This document shows positions 39,215 through 53,287 of a stretch of 64,000 nucleotides of DNA, piece by piece (position 1 is the first letter of the stretch; each line of letters begins with the position of its first letter). This stretch comes from Octopus vulgaris (Eukaryota). The notes below the pieces were generated by a model. It saw only the letters and a list, made by a program, of their open reading frames with translations. It did no database searches and was not told the origin of the DNA. The position numbers and the translations under genes are program-made. The stretch spans positions 70,742,001 through 70,806,000 of the forward strand of contig OX597831.1 in the NCBI GenBank assembly GCA_951406725.2. Direction: 5' to 3'.

Positions 39215-40385
39215 CAGTGCTGGTGGCATGTAAAAAGCACCATCCGAACATGGCCGTTGCCAGCCTCACCTAGCACCTATGCCGGTGGCATGTAAAAAGC
39301 CTCTACAGTAAGACACTTATCTCTGGCACGAACCCAAAGCTGCATCTCATCTAAACTGACTCTTTCCCTAATTAGTTGAGCTATGACCCTCTCTGTGATC
39401 TTCATTACCTGATCCAACAACTTGATACCTCTGTAATTATTTGTGTCTAAAGTATCAGCTTTACCTTTGTAGCAGTTGACTATAGTGCTGCTACATCAGT
39501 CATTGGATATGACACCTTCGTGTATCACCTGGTTAACTATACAGGTGACTAGGCTATAGTCAGCACCACCAGATATTTTGAGCATCTCTGCGGTGATTCC
39601 TGATGGGCCGGAGGGGCTTTCCCTGTCTTCATACTCTTAATTTTGGTTTATCTATCAAGGTACTGTCAATTCGGATAGCTGGTCCCTCTGTTGGGTCGAC
39701 AATCGGCAGACTCTCTTTTTCCCATTCATTTTCTTTATTGAGCAACTTTTCGTAGCAGCATCTCCAAACCTCTCTCCTTGCAGCCTTGTTTAGTACAAGT
39801 GAACCATCATCCTTGCAGACACATTTCTCTCCTACAACATCACGATTCTCTCTCACACACTGTCTTGCAACACGAAATACCTCAAGTCTTTGGTCCTCAC
39901 AGCACAGAATATTGGCAAATTTTTTCTTATCTGATTCCCCTCTGGCTAAATAAACCTGTCTCCTAGCTTACCTTCTGGCAGTCTGATACAATTCCTTCCT
40001 ACCACCATTCTTCCAGTCCTTCCATGCCTGTTTCTATTCTCTAATAGCCTGTCAACAACATTGATCCACCACCATGTTATTTTGGGTCAAGGGGGGACTT
40101 TGCACCATCCACAAATTTTGTCAGTGGCCCTCAGCAGGTTGTCCCATAGAAACCTCCATATCGTGTGAAGCTATATTCCCTTCTATTTCATCAAAGGCTT
40201 TGAGTAATATGTCTCTAAATCTCTGTCCATTCGCAAGATCTTTAAGTTTCTAGACCCTTCTCCTCCATGCTGGTCGTCTTCTGGACATCCATTTAGCCCT
40301 GGTCCTGAAATCGCTAACTACCTGTCTATGTTGTGGGGTACATTCTTTGCCTGGGAAGATTTTGGCATTTATAAGCACCCATCTT
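39215..40385 (-). mobile_element. RTE LINE, internally deleted (EN-RT linker plus 3'UTR repeat)
   Basis: RENRDVVGEKCV.KDDGSL..EVWRCCYEKLLNKENEW; NYRGIKLLDQVMKI near 39400-39440; 3'UTR repeat units at 39217-39300. Confidence 0.82.
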
Positions 40386-40388
40386 TCC

Positions 40389-40492
<104 letters not shown>

Positions 40493-40778
40493 AAGGAATG
40501 GAGTAGATAGGATCCAAGCTACATATGTTTCATAGCAAACAGAACCTTAGAAGCAGTAAATATCCACGTACCCGGTAACCCTGGTTGCCTACTGTGAAAT
40601 ATTAAAAAAATATTTTTAGCTCATCATACTTCAATATGAAAAAATCCACAACCTTCCACATCAGTAAACCACTATTGTTCCTGGAAGTTTATTTTATATT
40701 TACTACAGATTGCTTGAAGCTAACTTTCTTCCTACACCTTGATCCTTGGTTCTTACATTTGTGTGTGTATGTGTATGG

Positions 40779-40813
<35 letters not shown>

Positions 40814-40919
40814 TGTGTGATAATCACGTTATACATCTGATATTCAAGATATGTAGGAGATTGACCTGTTACATGACAATATTTAGATGATAGTCGTCAG
40901 AATTGTTATGTTATAAAGT

Positions 40920-41299
40920 GGAGGCGCAATGGCCCAGTGGTTAGGGTAGCAGACTCACAGTCGTAGGATTGCAGTTTCGATTCCCAGACCGGGCATTGTG
41001 AGTGTTTATTGAGCGAAAACACCTAAAGCTTCACAAGGCTCCTGCAGGGGGTGGTGGTGAACCCTGCTGTACTCTTTCACCACAACTTTCTCTCACTCTT
41101 TCTTCCTGTTTCTGTTGTACCTGTTTTTGAAAGGGCCAGCCTTGTCACACTCTGTGTCACGCTGAATCTCCTCGAGAACTACATTAAGGGTACACGTGTC
41201 TGTGGAGTGCTCAGCCACTTGCACGTTAATTCCACGAGCAAGCTGTTCCGTTGATCATATCAGCTGGGACCCTCATCGTCGTAACCGACGGAGTGCTCC
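40920..41299 (+). mobile_element. SINE family B head/body with alternative 3' tail
   Basis: Head matches 22524; tail (GTCACACTCTGTGTCACGCTGAATCTCC..GGAGTGCTCAGCCACTTGCAC) matches 48930-49095 instead. Confidence 0.85.
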
Positions 41300-41916
41300 T
41301 ATATGTTATAAAGGAAAAATTCTCAACAATCTCGAAAGTTATAATCTCAAAATATTTATAAAACACTGTCAAAAGAGTAATTACATATTCATTTTCCAAT
41401 AAACATTACATGGCTTTCACAAACATTAGTAACTCTAGGTGTTGTGCTTTTAGTTCTTCACACACAGGAACCAATGTACAATAATACTCTTGACTAGAAT
41501 CTAACATTTAAACCGGAATATTATTATAACCAAGAAGATCATTAATCAATCAAGATTACATATAAATTTTTAGCAAAAAATCTCAACTATATTCTATTTA
41601 TGGTGCTGATACTAAAACTTTTAAAAAATTAATCATGGTGAACTATAAACTGTTGATGTCATTCAGAAATACACGTGGCATTAAAAACAAACTTTTGAAC
41701 TTCTATCGACCTGTAAGTATGGAATTTATTGATAGATTGCTTAAGCAGTTGTCCAGATATTAACGGTTAATGTAAAAGGAATAATTATCTAACATCAGCC
41801 TCTCGCATTATACCTTTTAAAATTCCACCCCATCACCTATCTGCTCATTTTGGTCTCCTTCTCCCACCCTCTCTGATGTGCTTAAAAAGGATTAAATTTG
41901 CTCCACATCACATCTC

Positions 41917-42017
41917 CATCATCATCATCGTTTAACGTCCATTTTCCTTGCTAGCATGGGTTGGACGATTTTGACTGAGGGCTGGCAAGCCAGATGACCA
42001 CACCAGGTTCCAATCTC
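41917..42017 (-). mobile_element. RTE 3' end fragment
   Basis: CATCATCGTTTAACGTCC..GCTAGCATGGGTTGGACG. Confidence 0.8.
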
Positions 42018-42109
42018 CATTCAGTATTTAATCAGTTTAGGCTTCAGTTCTTTGCTTTTTTAATTTGCAATGGCTATTGTTGAATGGATGCCCTTATGAT
42101 TAATGTATT

Positions 42110-42165
42110 TGTGTGTGTGTGTGTATGTGTGTGTGTGCGTGTGTGTGCGTGTGTGTGTGTGTGCA

Positions 42166-42198
<33 letters not shown>

Positions 42199-42285
42199 GT
42201 GTGCGTGCTTGTGTGTGCGTGTGTGTGTGTGCATGTGTGTGTGTGCGTGTGTGTGTGTGCGCGCACGTGTGTGTGTGTGTGTGTG

Positions 42286-42327
<42 letters not shown>

Positions 42328-42345
42328 CGCATGTGTGTGTGTGCA
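42110..42345. repeat. Imperfect (TG)n microsatellite
   Basis: Direct reading. Confidence 0.95.
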
Positions 42346-42439
42346 TACATGCATACTAATCAAGACTTTGTACATCACTTTTCTTGTCAGGTGTAATAAG
42401 GAGCAAATTGAGTTAAATAGTACTACCAAAAACTATCTT

Positions 42440-43975
42440 TGTGGGTGATAGTTTTGTCTGTGTTACTCTTCATCCTCTCATTAAACTCACCATCACAAAA
42501 CATTGTGACCATAGAAACGGATCCAGAAGTATCTCCCATCTTTTCTTTATTGATGACCTGAAACTATATGGGTCAAATATTGACCTCATAAAACAAAATG
42601 GACCTCCATGGACCTCCTCAACCCAATTTTCTACATGGTACTGGAATGAAATTTGACGAGTCCAAAACATGCATTTTGACAATAAAACTTGAAAAACTCA
42701 TTCCTTCCTCCGAAAACCTAAGAATGAACAGCTTGACAGTACAGCCTCAGCAGTCAGGTCACAATTATAGGTATCTTGGACAGGATGCGAATGTCAGATA
42801 TGATGGACCAATTAATAAGGAGAGGTCCAGAAATGAATACCTCAGAAAAGTAAAGAGAATACGGTCATCAAAACTCTCAGCTTACAACAAGCATGTTGCC
42901 CGAAACATCTTTGCAGTGCCTGTCCTCGCACCTACATTTGGCCTTCTGAACTGGTCACTGCAAGAACTCAATGAGATATGTGTTTGAACTTGCAAGCTGC
43001 TCAGTCTTATAGGAAACTGCAACCTCAGTGGAGATGTAGACAGGTTATATTTCCCATGCAAGGATGATGGTTGTGGTCTCAAATTTGTATTGATGTCATA
43101 TGAAGCACGGATTGTGACAATGAAACAACACCTGCAGCAGAGGAAAGAGACCAGTAACTGACCTTGCCCAAGTTTGTGACCACAAAACCAACAACATGAT
43201 TAGGATAGCTAATGAACTTCAGAAGAAGTAGGAAATAAGAACTGTTATCCCCAAGGAGCATTAGTAAAATCTATCGGAAAAGAATTTTAAAGAAGACATT
43301 GCATGGGTACATAAGACACAAACCAAAGAAGGGATTGATTAAGTCAAAAGCTGACAAGTTTATGACACTCCACTTCAAAGACTATCTCCATGCAACTCAA
43401 GAACAAGAGTTCCCCACCAAGTACCTACAGAATAAAAGGCAGAAAATGTCAACAGACAACTAAATAAGCTGTACAAGACCAAGACTGGAGACATCAATCA
43501 CATTATTGCCAACTGCAAGAGAATGCCTTCCAGGATAGAATAAAGAAAACACCTACACCAAAGCTGACTATTTTGAAACTTACTGATCAAAAGAATATTG
43601 GTGGACCTTAAAAATTGAAATAACTACCAAGTTAAAGTACAACCAACCAGATATTGTTGTGTAGGACCATAAAGAAAAGATACGTTCTGTGATGGAAATC
43701 AGCTGACCTCTGGACACCAATGTGGTCAGAAAAATACAAGCAAAAGAGGACATCTATGGACCATTGAAAAGGTGTTTGCAAATCCAGCAAACAAGATACA
43801 CTTTCATCATCATACTCATTATTATTATTGGAGCAACAGAATATCAACCATCTGGAGCAAAGTAAGGCTGAACTTTGGATCTTGGGGAGAGAACACACAG
43901 CCTTAATTCACGGGCTACAAATCATCGTGATATCGGGGAGTATAAAAATCTGCAATACCTTTAGATTTAAAGAAT
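42440..43975 (+). mobile_element. R4/Dong-clade RLE LINE remnant
   Basis: ISHLFFIDDLKLYG, GMKFDESKT, YRYLG, KLSAYNK..NIFAVPVL.PTFGLLNWS, LHGYI, QEQEFPTKY, INHIIANC (zinc knuckle), NQPDIVV..VMEIS (RLE), frameshifted. Confidence 0.82.
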
Positions 43976-44387
43976 GATGGTTAAAGCAAAATACTTTCCT
44001 TTACAACATTGCCACTATGTAAGTGACTGTTCAAAATTTATTCTAAGTTAAAAAAAAGAAGCAGAATATATATACATTACTTACATACATTGCATACGTA
44101 CATTGCATGCGTACATACACACATGCATTTACACACACACACATACATACATACATACATGCATACAAAGAGACGTATGCACATACATACATACATACAT
44201 GCATGCATGCTGAGTTTTCTAGGTCAGTGAATCATTTGCAAGCAACATCACCTCTATGAACAGTATTATCTTTATTTACAGTCAACAAATACATGTGAAC
44301 TCAAGAGGAAATATGAATTCACTCACACAAACACACAAACACACACAGACACACACACACACTCTCTCTCTCTCTCTCTTTCTCTCC

Positions 44388-44431
<44 letters not shown>

Positions 44432-44443
44432 CTCTTTCTCTCC

Positions 44444-44483
<40 letters not shown>

Positions 44484-44654
44484 CACACATGCGTACATAT
44501 ACTTATAGTACAGGCTTCTTCAGCTGCTGTCAACTGATTTCACTCTCAAGATATCGGTCGATGTGTTGCTATAGTATAGAATTCCCAACTGCATGGCTTC
44601 AAAGTGAACTTCTAAACCACACAGCCATGCTTATACTTATATGTGTGTGTGTAA

Positions 44655-45550
44655 CGTTCTGAGTGCAAATTCCACCAAGGTCAACTTTGCATTTCATCCT
44701 CTCACGATGAATGGGGGCTGGTGCAATCAACTAGTCTCCTCCCGGGAGACTAGCCCCTGTAGTGTTTCAGGCCTTATACCTAGAGTAGAAAGAGTTATTA
44801 TAACAATAATTATTATTATTATTACCATTATTATTATTACTGAGTGAGAGAGTAGTGTATGTCATCAAAGTGACACTGGGGTATCAATATACAAAGCCCA
44901 ATATATTCATCATGACTACCCATCTGATTAGGGTACACCAGGCACATGCATTACAACCATATGTATGCATCATGGTGATCTTATACCAAGATAAACAGCA
45001 CATGATTTTGCAGGTGGGGCCAGTTAGAATTTTCTTCAGACCCATCCCACTCAAAATGTCCCTGAATAAGGGTTGTTTAAGGATGACAAACAAAGCACCC
45101 ATGTTTCCAAAAGTGAATTATTCAAACCCTGAAAAATTCTTCTCAACACATGGCTATGATGCTCTCCCACTACTCGACTGGTACTTATTTTATCGACCCC
45201 AAATGGATCAAAAGCAAAGTTGACCTTGCTTTTCATCCATTTGGGGGTAATGAACTGCATACCAGTTGCTTACTGGGGATCAATGAAATCAATTAGCCCC
45301 CTTCCTAAAAGCTACAAGCCTAGAAAGGATTATTATTATTAAGGTAGCAAGACTGGCACATCAGACAAAATGCTCTGCGTTATTTGTTCCAGCTCTTTAC
45401 ATTCTGAGTTCACTATCCATTAAAGTCAACTTTGTCTTCCATCGTTTTAGGGTTGATAAAATAAAGTACCAGTCAAGTACTCGAAGTTGATATAATTGAC
45501 TAACCCCAATCTCCTAAAATTGCTGGCCTTGTGCCAAAATTTGAAACAAT
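44655..45550. mobile_element. Cluster of SINE family C fragments and an unclassified repeat
   Basis: C-domain copies at ~44655-44800 (+), ~45178-45330 (folded back), ~45340-45550 (+); ~44840-45175 unclassified with (TAA)n end. Confidence 0.6.
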
Positions 45551-46190
45551 ATTATTTTTGTTGTTGTTGTTGGCAAGGACAATAAGTGTAAGAAGCAATA
45601 GAAAAATAGATTAAATCTGTTCTGATTTTTCATTACAATCTTTCTCTTTACAATCTAAGTTATAATTCTGAAATCAGCTTACATCTTCCAGTAGCAGTTG
45701 CTGTTGTAAAACCCTAGGTCAGTCATGATCCAGCAGCCATATGGGATGCGAGTAATCAATTGAATTAGAAGACAACCCACAGTTCTGTCTTTCTAGTTTT
45801 CCATGTTTCCATCTACCTAAGAACCATGCAGCACACTTTAATATGCATCAGTGAATCTTACGAGAGGCAAGTCTGCCATTCGGCACTTGGATTCTCTTCA
45901 CAGTCCAATCTATTTCTCAGTGATGGTCACAGCAGAGACAGACTGGGTACTTTTGATCAATATGCAACATTTTCTTTCTTCTACATTTGTTTATTTGTAC
46001 TGTGTCCCCAGCACAGCGAGACGATAGATACAGCAGCAGTTTTTGTATGTATATGTCCCAAATTCCTAATATGTCTATGCAGGAGGGTGAGTTTTTTAGG
46101 ATCTTGTAGAAGTGTTCAAGGGTATTGTATATGTCAGTGGGGTTCGAAGATAGTCTTTTTTGTATTGTTACAGGATTGTAGAGATTGAAG

Positions 46191-46790
46191 GTTAAGTTAA
46201 GTTAAGTTAAGTTTTTGGCTCAAAAAGCAAAAAGCAAGGCCATGTAGGGGGACATGGTGTTATATACAGGGTGGTGTTCATGTAAAGAGTTCAGGCCATT
46301 TGTGGTCAAGGGAGACTTTGAACCAAGCGATCGTCGGCATCTTCACTATCTCGTCCGGCTGATTATTCCACGGATCCGCAACCCGGACGGAGAAACCCCT
46401 CTCCTTCGATTGAGATGAAATCGTCGCAGATAGAGCTTTTTGGAGTGACCCCGCAGCCAACGCCCTAGAGTAGGAGTGAAGAACAGCTCTTTCGAGAGGT
46501 TACACTTTCCGCTTATGATGTTGTGAGCAAGAATGAGATCACCACGGCGGCGGTGTTTTTCTAGAGAATAAAGGTCAAGCGTCTTCAGCCTTTCTTCATA
46601 AGACAAATGCTTGAGACCAAGAACCATGTGGGTAGCCAGCTTCTGGACTCTTTCAAGATGCTGTATGTCTTTGAGGAGATAAGGAGAAGAGGCTTGAATC
46701 CCGTACTCCAATATGGGTCTCACCAGCATGACATAGAGCGGTAGGAATATGGCTGCTGTGAGCATTCCAAATGACCGTCGAATCAAAAGG
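46191..46790 (-). mobile_element. CR1-clade LINE 3' end
   Basis: LYVMLVRPILEYG..SPYLLKDIQHLERVQKLAT..LSYEERLKTLDLYSLEKHRRRGDLI..LRGHSKKL..FSVRVADPWN; (TTAAC)n tail. Confidence 0.92.
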
Positions 46791-47629
46791 TTGATCTTAC
46801 ATTAGCAGTTTTGTGTGCTTGCTTTGCGTATCTTGTTTGTTTTGTAGTTTATTGTGGCTGGGTGGGAAGAGTTTAATGGAATGGGTAGGACTGTTATAGT
46901 TCTTGATTATTTAATGCATTGTGTGCATGTCATTGTTGTAGTTCCTTCCTAGAGGCAAAATGTAGTTCATGACCACATCAAAAGGGTTTATAATTGATTC
47001 AGACAATTAGAGCTCAGACCAATCCAAATATCTAAAATCCAATGTCAAATAATGGGAGACAGAATCCAAGTAAACAAGAGCTGGCTTAAGACAAGATTTT
47101 AGTTGAGCTAATGAAAGTAAGTGAAATAAAAGATGAACAGGCAGTTGTTAATGGCATCAATGCATTTAATAATTAGTTATACAGAAGTTAGTATAAATAT
47201 AACTAAGCAGAAAATCAAGAAAATCAGGGAAGTGAAAGCTCATGGAAGTTCTTTATTGATAGTTGGATACCTGGAAAGTTCATACTCTAGCATCATAGAT
47301 AAAAGAGAGGAGAGTCCAAATTGTCTTTCTAAGAGTTCTTCATAGATTAGGAGACATCTGGAGCGGTCATACTCCAACATTTCAACATTACAGACTCAAG
47401 AGAGAGGAGAATACATATTCTCTTTCTTGTTTGTGATGTAAAACTTTTTGTGATATAAAACTTTTTGGATATCTATCTATATATGAAGAACTATGAATTA
47501 TCACTTCCCTGATATTCCTGTTTTGCTGCTAAAACTTATTTGTAGCTAATTTCTTTATATCTAATTTTCAAATGGTTTGATTCTATAAACTAGCACCTGT
47601 CCATCTTTTATTATGTGATATGTACATAT

Positions 47630-48034
47630 CTCTTTTATTCTTTTACTCTTTTACTTGTTTCAGTCATTTGACTGCGGCCATGCTGGAGCACTGCCTTTAG
47701 TCGAGCAAATTGACCCTGGGACTTATTCTTTGTAAGCCCAGTACTTATTCTATCGGTCTCTTTTGCTGAACCGCTAAGTGACGGGAGCATAAACACACCA
47801 GCATCGGTTGTCAAGCAATGCTAGGGGGACAAACATATACACACACACTTATATATATATATACATATATACGACAGGCTTCTTTCAGTTTCCGTCTACC
47901 AAATCCACTCACAAGACATTGGTCGGCCCGGGGCTATAGCAGAAGACACTTGCCCAAGATGCCACACAGTGTGACCGAACCCGGAACCATGTGGTTGGTT
48001 AGCAAGCTACTTACCACACAGCCACTCCTGCGCC
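47630..48034 (-). mobile_element. SINE family A
   Basis: Matches consensus. Confidence 0.92.
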
Positions 48035-48229
48035 TATGATTTATATTGTTGCATGTAATGCCAAGTCCTTTTTTTATGTGAGCATCATATTGTTATATTG
48101 TTGAGTTTTCGGTTCGGTTATATTTGTTATGTTTTGGTCCCACTTGTAATAAAGGAGGTAGTAGATTTAGTGTGTGCTACTTTAAATCTGATATTGTGGA
48201 ACCAAGTTTCTCTGTGATTTAATTAGGGC

Positions 48230-50050
48230 TGGACTAGTTGTGCAACAGTGAGTAGGGAATGGAGAGAAGATATGAGGGTGATGTCATCTGCTTATCAGGA
48301 TCACTGAATATGTTGTAGATATTTGTAAAGTTTTTGTAGACACAGGTTGAAAAATGCAGATGATAGGAAGGATCATTGTGGTATTCCATATCGAAAATTG
48401 CAGGTTCTAGAAATGTTGTTTGCAAATAGACTTGGCAGCCAGACAAATATTTTAACAGTCACTATTTTGTGTTGTTTCTTTAGGTGGTGATGAGAATTGT
48501 TTATGAGTTGATAATGAGGAACAAAGTCAGAAGCTTTGCCAATATCAACGGTAGTTAGAATGGTACATGTAAGAAGATTTTTATTGTGAAACAATCATCT
48601 ACTTTCTGTGATAGATTTGTTAGTAGCGTAGTGGTTACATGTATTAAGTCTGAATAAATTCTGTGATTCTGAAGCAGAATGTGCTCGTGTCTTTCCAGAA
48701 TTATTAGAGTGATATATTTACATGATGTTGCTTTACTCGGGTGAAGCTATACAATTGTTGCAATTTACCCAGCTTCTAAAAAACATGTGGCTTAGTGGTT
48801 AGGGTATTCAACTCACAATTGAAAGGTCATGAGTTCAATTCCTGGCAATGTGCTGTGTCCTGGAGCAAGATATATTACACATTGCTCTAGTCCACTCAGC
48901 TGGCAAAAATGAGTTGTACATGTATTTCAAAGGGTCAGCCTTGTCACATTCTGTCATGCTGAATCTCCCTGAGAACCACATTAAGAGAACAGGTGTCTGT
49001 GGAGTGCTCAGCCACTTGCACATTAATTTCACGAGCAGGCTGTTCCATTGATTGGACCAACTAGAATCCTCGTTGTTGCAACCAATGGAGTGCTGGAAAA
49101 GATTGTGAGTATTTGACAACGTTGACACTTGTAGCTGCTAATGTAATGTTAGTAAGAGTAATGATTCATTTGGTCAGACTGAATAGTTTTAGTTGTTTTA
49201 GATATATTTTTATGATTTTCTCTGACCCAAAGGTTTTTGAGTTTTTAAACATCCTTATTCATTTGTGTGTCTATGTGTATGTGTGCTTGTGTGTGTGTGT
49301 GTGTGTGTGTGGTGAAGTTTTTGATTTTTTTTTTTGCTTTATAACGGCTGACTTTTGAGAAGTGTTTAATAAGGATGTTTGCTTAACTTATTTGACTTTA
49401 TTGGGACATAGGGATGTGCATGAACAATTGTTGCTGTCGATGATGATGATGATGATGATGATGATGACGATGACAATGATTACATTATATAATGTTTTTC
49501 TCTTAGTTTTGTGGCTTATATTGGACATAATTTTGTTGTTTTAAGGTTTTGTTTCTATTGTCATTATTTCATTGTTTAATTGTTTGAATACTGAGTTTTA
49601 TTCTTGTAGTTTGGTTTTCGTGCATTGTGTTTGCAGATTTGTCTGTTTTTATGAGGCTGACTATTTCTGGCGAAATTAGTCTGTAGTTGTTGTTTTTTTT
49701 ATTTATATTGCTTTGTGGGATATATTTTTCGAGTGTGTTTCTCATTAGTTTGATTGTGTGTACAACAGTGTTAATTACTATAATTGTGGTCTTAGGAATT
49801 CTGAAAACCCAGATTTCGTTTCTTAGTAGAACACACAACTGTGCCTTCTAAGAGCTTGTAAAAGTGGTTTTGCTGTTTTTGTTAATGTGTCAACTGTGGT
49901 GATCATTGCTAAATCATATAAGGTAAGTTGAGGAATTATTTGCTAATTTTGAAGAAAGAATTGCTGCAGCTGGCTTAGTGATATATATATATGTGTCTGT
50001 TGATGTGAAATGTTGGGGAGGAGTTGAATTGCAATGATATCATATCACCT
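48230..50050 (-). mobile_element. Very old APE-RT LINE remnant (CR1/L2/Jockey group), interrupted
   Basis: VDIGKASDFVPH near 48515-48550; SNDH-like endonuclease end near 49900; split by a SINE and microsatellites. Confidence 0.45.
48785..49095 (+). mobile_element. tRNA-derived SINE with the alternative 3' tail
   Basis: TGGCTTAGTGGTTAG A box, GAGTTCAATTCC B box, TGTCCTGGAGCAAG; tail shared with 41120-41299. Confidence 0.8.
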
Positions 50051-50624
50051 CTCTTCTTGTCTATACTATTTCAAAACCAAAAGATGCAGCGTGAAACCTC
50101 CTCTTATGAAGATGATTGTAAGAGCGCTAAAGATCTATAATTGGTGCATAATTTGGTGGAATGGTTGGTGTGAATGGTGGGAATATATATATGTTTATTA
50201 TATTAATGTGCCTTGTATAACTAACTTATATTTTGAAAGTGTCATTTCCAATTAATTTACTCACGTCATTTGTGATATCTGTAAACTGAATGTAAGTTTC
50301 GATGTTATAAGACCACCACTGTGGTGAAAATATATATTATTTATGATCTGGGTAAATTTAGAATGGTTGAGAACGTTTCCTAAATTGTTGCAACATGAGT
50401 ATTCAAGGTGGTAATTGAATTTTTGAGTTCTATGAAGGTGATTTTATTGATACCAGTGTTGTATTACAGAATTTAAAAAAAAATGTCATTATGTTTAAGA
50501 AGAATATTTTTTTGAGTCACATTTATTTTTAAGTGCAGCCTGTAGGGAGGGAGTTTTAGCATTTTGAAGGAAGGCAATGGTACTTCTTGTTTTTAACATT
50601 GCTATTGTTGTCATCATATCCTGA

Positions 50625-50840
50625 AGGGCAGCAAACTGGCAGAATTGTTACTACACTAGACAAAATGCTTACTGGTATTTCCTCCATCTTTGCATTCTGA
50701 GTTCAGATTCTGCCAAGGATGACTTTGCCTTTCATCCTTTTGGGATTAATAAAATAAGTACCAGTTGAACACTGGGGTCGATGTAATTAACTTAACCCAC
50801 CCCCACAACTTCAGGCCTTGTGCCTTTAGTAGAAAGGATT
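50625..50840 (+). mobile_element. SINE family C
   Basis: GAGTTCAGATTC..GACTTTGCCTTTCATCCTTTTGGG..AAGTACCAGTTG. Confidence 0.78.
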
Positions 50841-51959
50841 ATTTATACCTTGTTTTTTTAATGTATTTTCTGGTATTTTTTAAAATTATTTATAAATGTT
50901 CTTTAGTGAAGTTTTAGTGTGTGCCTTGTAAACTTTATAAAAAAAGAACTTAGCCATGTAAGGAGTTTAGAGCAGCATCAAGAATATATTGTCTGACCAG
51001 CATTCTAATAATGATCTTCTTGCCTTCTTGTGTGTTATATTCAGTATTAATTGATCTTGTGTATTTAACTATTTTGAAGATGCTTAGGTAATATTGGATG
51101 AAGATATGGCAGCAACTTCTTGCAGGTCAACTGACTGCATAGAGGTACTAGTCCTCATATAAGTTCCAGTCATACCTTCATACACTTCCTTACAATCATA
51201 CACTTCCTTACAACTTTTAGCTTATGCCTGTGAATATAACAAACTGACTTTAGGCTAAAATAAGACTGATCAACATCCAGGATGAATGGAAAATTAAATG
51301 TAAACATAAACTGAATTGCCTATTTAATAAGATGGGATAACGTTTGATTCTTTAGAAAATAAAACCCTAATTTTAAATCAAATAAAATTTAATCATAATA
51401 CTTAGATATAATGTATAATCATATTTTATTATTCAGTATAGCTAGAACATATCTACTTATTTATATATAAATGTAAGATAATATTTAATTAATTTCTAAT
51501 TTCAGATATTTTAGTTTCTTAATAAAAATTTATAGTATAATATTAAATGATATTATTCTAAATTTTTAATTTTAATTTAGAAACTCAAGTTTACGAATAA
51601 CATCAATTTTAAGAATAATAGTATAATCAATATATATTAATTGTATTATAATTATAAAAATAATAAAAAATTAGATTTCTACTGATTTTTTACTAATTTT
51701 TACTGACTTTTACTTATTTCACAATATTTTTAAATATTTAAAAATTATATGTTGAGTAATTTAGTTTACCTATTTACCGATCTAGAAATTTATTATTTAT
51801 CAAAGTTAACATATAAATAAAATAAATTAAGCAGAAAAAAAAGACTATTCCTATCATGCACTCACTTCTGGCTTCTCCTGATTTGTTATTATTATTATAA
51901 ATAATAGAAAATACCATTTAAGAACTTTTAAATGTTAATAAGAATTATATCCCCTACAA

Positions 51960-52705
51960 AGTAGCTCTCAATGTTGCCTTTTTCTTCATTCTTTGTTCTA
52001 CTGAGGTGTTCTAGGAACATTAATAGAAGGGGAAAATTGGGAAATTAGGATTAAGTTTTCTAGCACACCTTTCTATGTGTTCACTAACCTGTATCTCTTT
52101 GTATTGTGGGTGGCGGATTTGTTGTTTGTGGAGAGTGGTTCTTTGACGAAGTGATATTCCTGTTTGGCCAATATAATTATGACCACACCCTAAGCATGTA
52201 ATGGCATAGATAAGATTTTCTGAGGCACAGGTGAAATTTGATTTGATCTTAAATATTTCACAATTCTGAACCCTCCAAAAGGTGGGGGCATGTACCACAG
52301 TTAGGGCGACCACAATTTTTCACTTTTGGTTCTGTTGTTAATGGATATAATCTTGCATTGGTTAATATTTTTTCCAATGATTTGGATTGCATTTTGCTCT
52401 TGATAATTTTGTGTGAGCCTAAAATTTTGCTCATTGTTTTATCTCCTGTAAGGATGGGAAGATTTTGAATGATAATGTTAAAGGCTTCGTTGTTCCTAGG
52501 GTTGTATGTGGAGATGTATGGGAATATTTTAAAGTCTGGTTTAGTACTTCGGTTGACTTCCCTTAATGTTTATATATCTATTTCCATAGCTCGTTTAATG
52601 CCATCATTTATTAATGATATTGAGTAATGTCTTCTGATTAGTATTGATCTGAGTTCAAGGAGTTTTCGTTCACGATTATAGGTGTCCGAAACTATGGCAC
52701 AGATT

Positions 52706-52706
<1 letters not shown>
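51960..52706 (-). mobile_element. Penelope-like element (Neptune-type GIY-YIG), 5'-truncated at (TA)n
   Basis: NFTCASENLIYAITCLGCGHNYIGQTGISLRQRTTLH..VSEHIERC; upstream FPYISTYNP linker. Confidence 0.85.
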
Positions 52707-52762
<56 letters not shown>

Positions 52763-53041
52763 TATATATATATATATATATAAATTTGTATGTATAAATA
52801 TATATGTGTGTGTATAAATATATATGTACATATGTTTATATATGTACGTATGTATATGTATGCATGTATGTATATGTATATATATGTATGTATATATATA
52901 TATATATGTATGTATGTGCATATATATATATACAAACTATCTAAGAATCCATAAAACAGAAAAAATATGCACTTATATATTCATATATTTGTCAATAGAG
53001 TGGGTATATTAATTGAAGCATATTGTATTATATATCCATTA

Positions 53042-53214
53042 CACCTGATGTTACCAATCACTTTTGAACTAGGGGTCCAATGGAATGTTGCATAACAGCC
53101 TGATTATGTAAACCAGCCATCCCTGAAGAGCACAAGGTTACATTTTACATAATCAGGTTGTTACCTAAGACTCTGTTGAACCCCTAGTGTGAAACTGATT
53201 GGTAAGATCAAGTG
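53042..53214. repeat. Fold-back element containing an extended HHR
   Basis: Arms ~53042-53112 and ~53144-53214; CTGAAGA-GCACAAGG...CCTAGTGT-GAAA-CTGATTGG-TA on plus strand 53118-53208. Confidence 0.7.
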
Positions 53215-53230
53215 AAATAGATATATAATA

Positions 53231-53262
<32 letters not shown>

Positions 53263-53287
53263 TTGTATGTATACATATACATATATT

